Shown one piece after another: positions 7,301 to 11,660 of a stretch of 11,660 nt of DNA. The stretch is from Candidatus Thorarchaeota archaeon (lineage in GTDB: Archaea > Asgardarchaeota > Thorarchaeia > Thorarchaeales > Thorarchaeaceae). Positions within the stretch are counted from its first letter, which is position 1; each line of letters opens with the position of its first letter. The position numbers and the translations under genes are program-made. The notes under the pieces are model-generated. The model did no database searches. It saw only the letters and a program-made list of their open reading frames with translations, and was not told the origin of the DNA. The DNA is taken from assembly GCA_048882385.1 (NCBI GenBank), contig JBHLRQ010000091.1:1-11660 (forward strand). The letters run 5' to 3'.

Positions 7301-9142
7301 TTGCTCGCATTATCACACAGAAGGCGACATTCAGAAATGACTGAAAGGGAAGCAATGAGAAGACAGATCATTCTGTATTCGTCAGGGGCCCTGATTGGCA
7401 TAGTTTCAGGCTTCGCGGCTATCATTTTTCGATTTCTAATTTTAAATTTCAGTCTAGTGTTTCTCTTCTTGCCAGAGGTAGTAGGCATTCTGGGATGGGT
7501 GGCCGCCCCTATCATAGGCGGTTTAATTGTTGCCTTCATCGTCGTAAGGTATGCACCTGAAGCAAAAGGACATGGAGTACCGGAAGTGATTGAAGCCTAT
7601 GCCCTCCGTGAGGGAAAGATCCGCTTTCGTGTTCCTCTTCTAAAGAGTCTGGCATCAGCAATCTGTATTGGTTCAGGTGGTTCGTGCGGTCGTGAAGGTC
7701 CGATTGCACAGATTGGCGCAGGTGCAGGGTCTGCTGTCGCAACAGCTCTTAATTTCGACAAGAGAGAGAGAAGAACCCTTGTGGTATGTGGTCTCTCTTC
7801 AGGAATTGCGGCAACATTTAATGCACCTCTAGGCGGGGCCCTTTTTGGAATCGAGGTATTAGCGGGCGGAATCATTGGATTTTCAATACTTCCGGTCATT
7901 CTGGCATCTGTTGTGGCAACCGCTCTCGCTGATTTGATACTTGGGACATCTGTTTCGTTCCAAGCACCTCTCTTCGTGATGGGGCATCCCATCGAACTTC
8001 TATTCTATCTTATCCTAGGAATTGTCTTTGGAGTAACAAGTGTCATCTGGATGAGAGGATTCTATAAAATAGAGGATTTGCTTGAGAAAATACGTGTTTC
8101 AAAGTACCTCCTTCCAGCAATAGGAGGTCTATTTGTCGGAATTCTAGCTATAACAACAGTGTATGTTGAAGGTGTTTTTACGTACTCTGGAGAATTCTCA
8201 GCAAGTCGACCATATTATCCTGCAATAATGGGAGTAGGTTATGCTTTCATTGATGCGACTCTAATAGGGACTGTGGCATTGGGAGCCCTCTTCATATTCG
8301 GCTTCTTTAAACTCCTGGCAACTAGCCTCACCCTAGGCTCTGGAGGATCCGGTGGTGTATTTGCCCCAACTCTGTTCATGGGAGCTGCGTTTGGTGGTGC
8401 TTTTGGTTTATCATTTTCAGCAATTGCTCCATGGGCGGTTCCACAACCCATGGCATTTGCACTAGTTGGTATGGCTGCATTGTTTGCAGGAGCTGGACGA
8501 GCTCCAATCACATGCATTGTCATGCTCATGGAAATGACTGCCGATTATTCCTTGATACTCCCATTAATGATTGCAGTTTCAGCATCATATCTGGTGTCAT
8601 CGCTCATAGAACCTGAAAGCATCTACACACTGAAACTATCCAGACGAGGTGTGAGGCTCCAAAGAGGTACCCATGTTGAAGTACTGAAGACAATTAGAGC
8701 TGGCGACGTAATGACAAAGGACCCAACAGTATTGTATCCTACAATGACTACAACCCAAGTGCTTGAAATCATTGACAGGACACATCACACAAAATTCCCA
8801 GTCGTTGATGATTTTGGGAATGTCATAGGTATAATGATCGCTGAGGATCTATTCCAAACTCCAAAGGAAAGTGATAGAGAATTTCAAGTTATAGAACTCA
8901 TGAATCCTGATTTTCTACATCTTTCGCCAGAGTGTACTATGGATAGCGCACTCCAAGCTATGATCAAACGCGACGAAGGGCATGCAGTGATTGTAAGTCC
9001 CTCTCAACCCAACAAGATGATTGGATACATAACGAAAGCAGATGTTCTCAAAGCCTATGAAATTGCAATCATCAATCTGCAAAAAATGGGCACAGATGTA
9101 GAGGATATAGACCCTGCAGATATCATTGATGTTGCAGACTGA
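7301..9142 (+). CDS. CLC-family anion channel/transporter with C-terminal CBS pair
   Basis: Motifs GHGVPE, GGSCGREGP, FNAPLGGALFGIEV, GGSGGVFAP, EMT..Y and SIY, with many TMs, then two CBS repeats (VMTKDP..FPVVD; LMNPD..IGYITKADVL). The start is uncertain: TTG 7301 or ATG 7337. Confidence 0.93.
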   Translation: MLALSHRRRHSEMTEREAMRRQIILYSSGALIGIVSGFAAIIFRFLILNFSLVFLFLPEVVGILGWVAAPIIGGLIVAFIVVRYAPEAKGHGVPEVIEAYALREGKIRFRVPLLKSLASAICIGSGGSCGREGPIAQIGAGAGSAVATALNFDKRERRTLVVCGLSSGIAATFNAPLGGALFGIEVLAGGIIGFSILPVILASVVATALADLILGTSVSFQAPLFVMGHPIELLFYLILGIVFGVTSVIWMRGFYKIEDLLEKIRVSKYLLPAIGGLFVGILAITTVYVEGVFTYSGEFSASRPYYPAIMGVGYAFIDATLIGTVALGALFIFGFFKLLATSLTLGSGGSGGVFAPTLFMGAAFGGAFGLSFSAIAPWAVPQPMAFALVGMAALFAGAGRAPITCIVMLMEMTADYSLILPLMIAVSASYLVSSLIEPESIYTLKLSRRGVRLQRGTHVEVLKTIRAGDVMTKDPTVLYPTMTTTQVLEIIDRTHHTKFPVVDDFGNVIGIMIAEDLFQTPKESDREFQVIELMNPDFLHLSPECTMDSALQAMIKRDEGHAVIVSPSQPNKMIGYITKADVLKAYEIAIINLQKMGTDVEDIDPADIIDVAD

Positions 9143-9160
9143 TGACAACGCACGAATAGT

Positions 9161-9174
9161 CGAACAGTTTATGT
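9161..9174 (+). promoter_or_regulatory. Putative BRE/TATA for a leaderless transcript of the PreA-like gene
   Basis: CGAACAG-TTTATGT, with the TATA centre about 26 nt upstream of ATG 9197. No convincing SD precedes that ATG. Confidence 0.5.
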
Positions 9175-9196
9175 TAGTGATATCAAAAGGCATAGT

Positions 9197-10291
9197 ATGA
9201 CTGACATTAAGACTGAGTTTGCAGGACTTGAACTCAAAAATCCGGTCATGACTGCAGCAGGTCCAACTTCCAGAGATGGTATGACTCTGCTCAATGCCGC
9301 TGCTGGTGGTGTAGGTGGTCTTGTGGCGAAGACTGTCAGTATCAAACCAGCAGATGTCCCTCGCCCAAATATGGCAGCACTCGAAGAGGGAAGAGTGGGT
9401 TCACGACGAGGTATTCTGAATGCGGAGCTCTGGAGCGAGATGCCAGTTGAGCAGTGGCTCGAGAAGGAGTATGCAATTGCCCTCAGTTCAGGTTTACCAT
9501 TGATTGCCAGTGTTGGATATACCCCGGAAGAGGTGTCTCTACTTGGACCGAAACTAGAGAAAGCGGGAGTGCATGCGATTGAGTTCAGCACTCATTATGT
9601 TGGAGGACACTCAGAAATAGCAAAAGCACTGAAGGAGGTCGTTGACATCCCCATCTTTGCAAAAATAAGTCCGAAAGTCGATGTTGCTGAGGTTGCTAAA
9701 TCACTTGAACCACATGTGGATGGAATTGTGGGCATCAACACTTATGGACCATGTCTTAGAATCAACATCGAAACGGGAAAGCCATCCCTTGGGAGCAGCG
9801 ACGGATTTGGGTGGATGAGTGGATCTGCATTAAAACCGATTGCGATAAGGTGCATTGCAGATATCGCTCGAGCAGTCGACATTCCAGTGATTGGTGTGGG
9901 AGGAGTAACCTCAGGAGAAGATGTAATTGAGTTCACAATGGTAGGAGCTTCTGCAGTTGAAGTCTGTACAGCAGCCATTCTCGAAGGGGACATGGTTTAT
10001 GGCAAGATAGCAAAAGAAACCAAGGACTGGCTAGAAACACATGGCTATGACTCTCTGGAGGATATCAGGGGGAAAGCTCTTCCGTATCTAGACGGTAGTG
10101 CAACACTCACGCCACCTCCGAAGGTGGACATGGAGAAATGTACACTGTGTGGCCTCTGTCCAAAATCATGTGTGTATGGTGCAATCACTGTAGACAAGAA
10201 GCAGAATCTCTTCGAAATAGACAAGAAACGCTGTGAAGCATGCGGAATGTGTATCTCGGTATGTCCGTATCATGCGTTGACCCCTGATTAG
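9197..10291 (+). CDS. Dihydropyrimidine dehydrogenase PreA-like / class 1 DHODH-fold FMN oxidoreductase with C-terminal 2x[4Fe-4S]; non-canonical active site
   Basis: Motifs LKNPVMTAAGP, VAKT, LNAELWSE, AKISP, INT, MSGSALKP, IGVGGV and GASAVEVCTA, plus C-terminal CTLCGLCPKSC and CEACGMCISVCP. The canonical ELNxSCP loop is replaced by EFSTHY. Confidence 0.85.
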   Translation: MTDIKTEFAGLELKNPVMTAAGPTSRDGMTLLNAAAGGVGGLVAKTVSIKPADVPRPNMAALEEGRVGSRRGILNAELWSEMPVEQWLEKEYAIALSSGLPLIASVGYTPEEVSLLGPKLEKAGVHAIEFSTHYVGGHSEIAKALKEVVDIPIFAKISPKVDVAEVAKSLEPHVDGIVGINTYGPCLRINIETGKPSLGSSDGFGWMSGSALKPIAIRCIADIARAVDIPVIGVGGVTSGEDVIEFTMVGASAVEVCTAAILEGDMVYGKIAKETKDWLETHGYDSLEDIRGKALPYLDGSATLTPPPKVDMEKCTLCGLCPKSCVYGAITVDKKQNLFEIDKKRCEACGMCISVCPYHALTPD

Positions 10292-11472
10292 ACCCACAAC
10301 ATTGTGTCAAGGTTCCTCGTGAGTAGCTTAGCTTTGCCTTTGGTTACGGCATAGTCATCCTCTATTCTGACACCGCCGATTCTCTCAAAGTAGACCCCAG
10401 GTTCAATAGCCACAACATGACCTTCAGCAAAGTTGGCTTCACGGTTGTACATACTTGGTTGTTCATGAACCTCCAGTCCAATGCCATGTCCCAGACCATG
10501 GGTCATTCCATCCTTTGCATCGGGATTGAGTCTTCGTGAGTCAAAACCCAACTGTTGTAGTTTGTTGAAACATGCGAGGTTCACATCATCTATTTTGGAA
10601 CCATCAGTCAATGCATCCACTGCAGCATCAGCAGCTGCTTGCGTGGCTTCAAACATCTCTTTCACTCTCTTGGATGGAGTTCCCTTGACGATAGTCCTAG
10701 TTACATCTGCAACATAGCGTTCAATCTTGAGTCTAGGAAAAACATCAAGGATGATTGGCACTTCAGCCTTGAGCTTATCGCCTGAATTTCCAAGATAATG
10801 CCAGTCAAACGCCTTCTTCCCGACAGCAAGTATTGTGTCCTCTGAAGTTTCTGCATATCGATCAACAAGAAAATGTTCGAGTGCAATTTTTATCTGACCC
10901 ACGGTAAGTGGTTTCCCATTGTGAGTCAGTGTCTTATTTGGACCTATATCAGTGTCTTTGACCAAATCAATGATTTCTTTGATTGCTCCAACAGTAGCAT
11001 CTCCAGCTTTCCTAATCATCTTGATTTCACTAGCAGATTTTGTTGCTCTTGCATCTGGCAGTAGATCACGTACAACTTTGATATCATAGCCCAGTTTTTG
11101 AAGAATGACAAGTATGCTGGCAGGAATCTCATCGGGAACACCGAGCGTCTTGCCCGCGAACTCATCACGTAGCATGGGAGCAATGAATGCATCTTCATTA
11201 TCCGAAACCACTCTGTTCTCTTTGAGAAGTTGAACCTTGTATTCAGTCACATCATAGACTCTTTTGATAAAACTCTCATTCTTCACACGATCCAATTGAT
11301 TGAAAGAAGCTCCAATGACGCCTTCCTCACCTTTATTCTTGAGAAAGAGAATATGGTCACTAGTTCGGAAACCTGTGAGCCACAGAAGATTTGGAGAATT
11401 AAATGGACTGTCATATGTAAAGATCCCATCAATCTCATACTTTTCCATGAGAGAGTCAATATCCTTGAGCAT
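10288..11472 (-). CDS. M24B family Xaa-Pro peptidase (prolidase/aminopeptidase P-like)
   Basis: 394 aa. Metal-ligand motifs ILDVFP, YVADVTRT, HGLGHGIGLEVHEQP, IEPGVY and GGVRIEDD, with an N-terminal creatinase/prolidase-like domain. Confidence 0.92.
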   Translation of the reverse strand: MLKDIDSLMEKYEIDGIFTYDSPFNSPNLLWLTGFRTSDHILFLKNKGEEGVIGASFNQLDRVKNESFIKRVYDVTEYKVQLLKENRVVSDNEDAFIAPMLRDEFAGKTLGVPDEIPASILVILQKLGYDIKVVRDLLPDARATKSASEIKMIRKAGDATVGAIKEIIDLVKDTDIGPNKTLTHNGKPLTVGQIKIALEHFLVDRYAETSEDTILAVGKKAFDWHYLGNSGDKLKAEVPIILDVFPRLKIERYVADVTRTIVKGTPSKRVKEMFEATQAAADAAVDALTDGSKIDDVNLACFNKLQQLGFDSRRLNPDAKDGMTHGLGHGIGLEVHEQPSMYNREANFAEGHVVAIEPGVYFERIGGVRIEDDYAVTKGKAKLLTRNLDTMLWV

Positions 11473-11522
11473 AGAATTTCCCTATTCAGGCACCAAGATA
11501 TGCCGATGAATAAGCCTTCTGC

Positions 11523-11660
11523 TCATGTTGGAAGATATGCTTTCATTCGAGATTCTACCATCACTCGATCAGGCATTCCATACGGTCCTACAGTTTCTGC
11601 ATTGAATGATGAGCATGTTGCAGCGAACAGACCAGCTCTAGAAACATCCGCTGACCTCAT
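11523..11660 (-). CDS. Probable PfkB/ribokinase-family kinase, C-terminal fragment (truncated by window edge)
   Basis: The minus frame is open from 11660: MRSADVSRAGLFAATCSSFNAETVGPYGMPDRVMVESRMKAYLPT* (TGA at 11525-11523). It resembles the PfkB C-terminal 'A..FA.A..S...E..G....P' helix-loop. The GAGD motif lies outside the window. Not in the supplied ORF track. Confidence 0.6.
   Translation of the reverse strand: MRSADVSRAGLFAATCSSFNAETVGPYGMPDRVMVESRMKAYLPT

Noticed and set aside
9140-9199. CLC and PreA-like ORFs are in the same frame, separated only by TGA-TGA and 17 sense codons (possible readthrough or selenocysteine fusion)
   Set aside because: A tandem stop argues for firm termination. 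The spacer holds a TATA-like box, both proteins are complete alone, and a Sec-Sec linker has no catalytic context.
9197-10291. Calling this gene pyrD or preA
   Set aside because: The catalytic Cys loop is missing and there are no pyr biosynthetic, pyrK or preT neighbours.
720-11509. Short alternative ORFs in the track (e.g. 4765-5187 -, 6120-6599 -, 7597-7992 -, 9169-9591 -, 4516-4776 +)
   Set aside because: They are antisense or off-frame shadows of well-supported genes and carry no recognisable motifs.
11489-11540. GGCA/TGCC mini inverted repeat and a repeated AAGATATGC 9-mer upstream of the peptidase
   Set aside because: Too short to separate from chance, and one copy lies within a coding frame.
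1-11660. CRISPR arrays, tRNA/rRNA, IS elements, integrases or defence genes
   Set aside because: No spaced repeats, cloverleaf structures, terminal inverted repeats or recombinase/transposase motifs were seen. All intergenic gaps are under 200 nt.

Overview
Gene-dense, apparently archaeal window. The evidence is GGAGG/GGTG Shine-Dalgarno sites, frequent TTG starts, TATA/BRE-like boxes and a sequon-rich extracellular loop; an anaerobic Asgard/Thorarchaeia-like origin is my inference and is unverified. In order, it contains: the 3' end of an ABC ATPase and an ABC-2 permease (+); a cog0402-type amidohydrolase/deaminase and a soluble 3xPAS histidine kinase (-); a 4x[4Fe-4S] protein translationally coupled to a tungsten-type aldehyde:ferredoxin oxidoreductase, a CLC-CBS anion transporter and a PreA/DPD-like FMN-[4Fe-4S] oxidoreductase (+); an M24B Xaa-Pro peptidase and the 3' end of a probable PfkB kinase (-). 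The strongest signal is that three 'ordinary' genes carry altered specificity residues. The DPD-like flavoenzyme lacks the catalytic N-x-S-C-P loop (EFSTHY instead). The deaminase has nucleobase-type rather than MTA/SAH-type residues. The CLC has His at the Ser-cen position and Val at the Glu-in position. Together these suggest a possible undescribed AOR-powered reductive N-heterocycle (purine/pyrimidine-like) catabolic module, which remains a hypothesis. No RNA genes, CRISPR arrays or mobile elements were seen.
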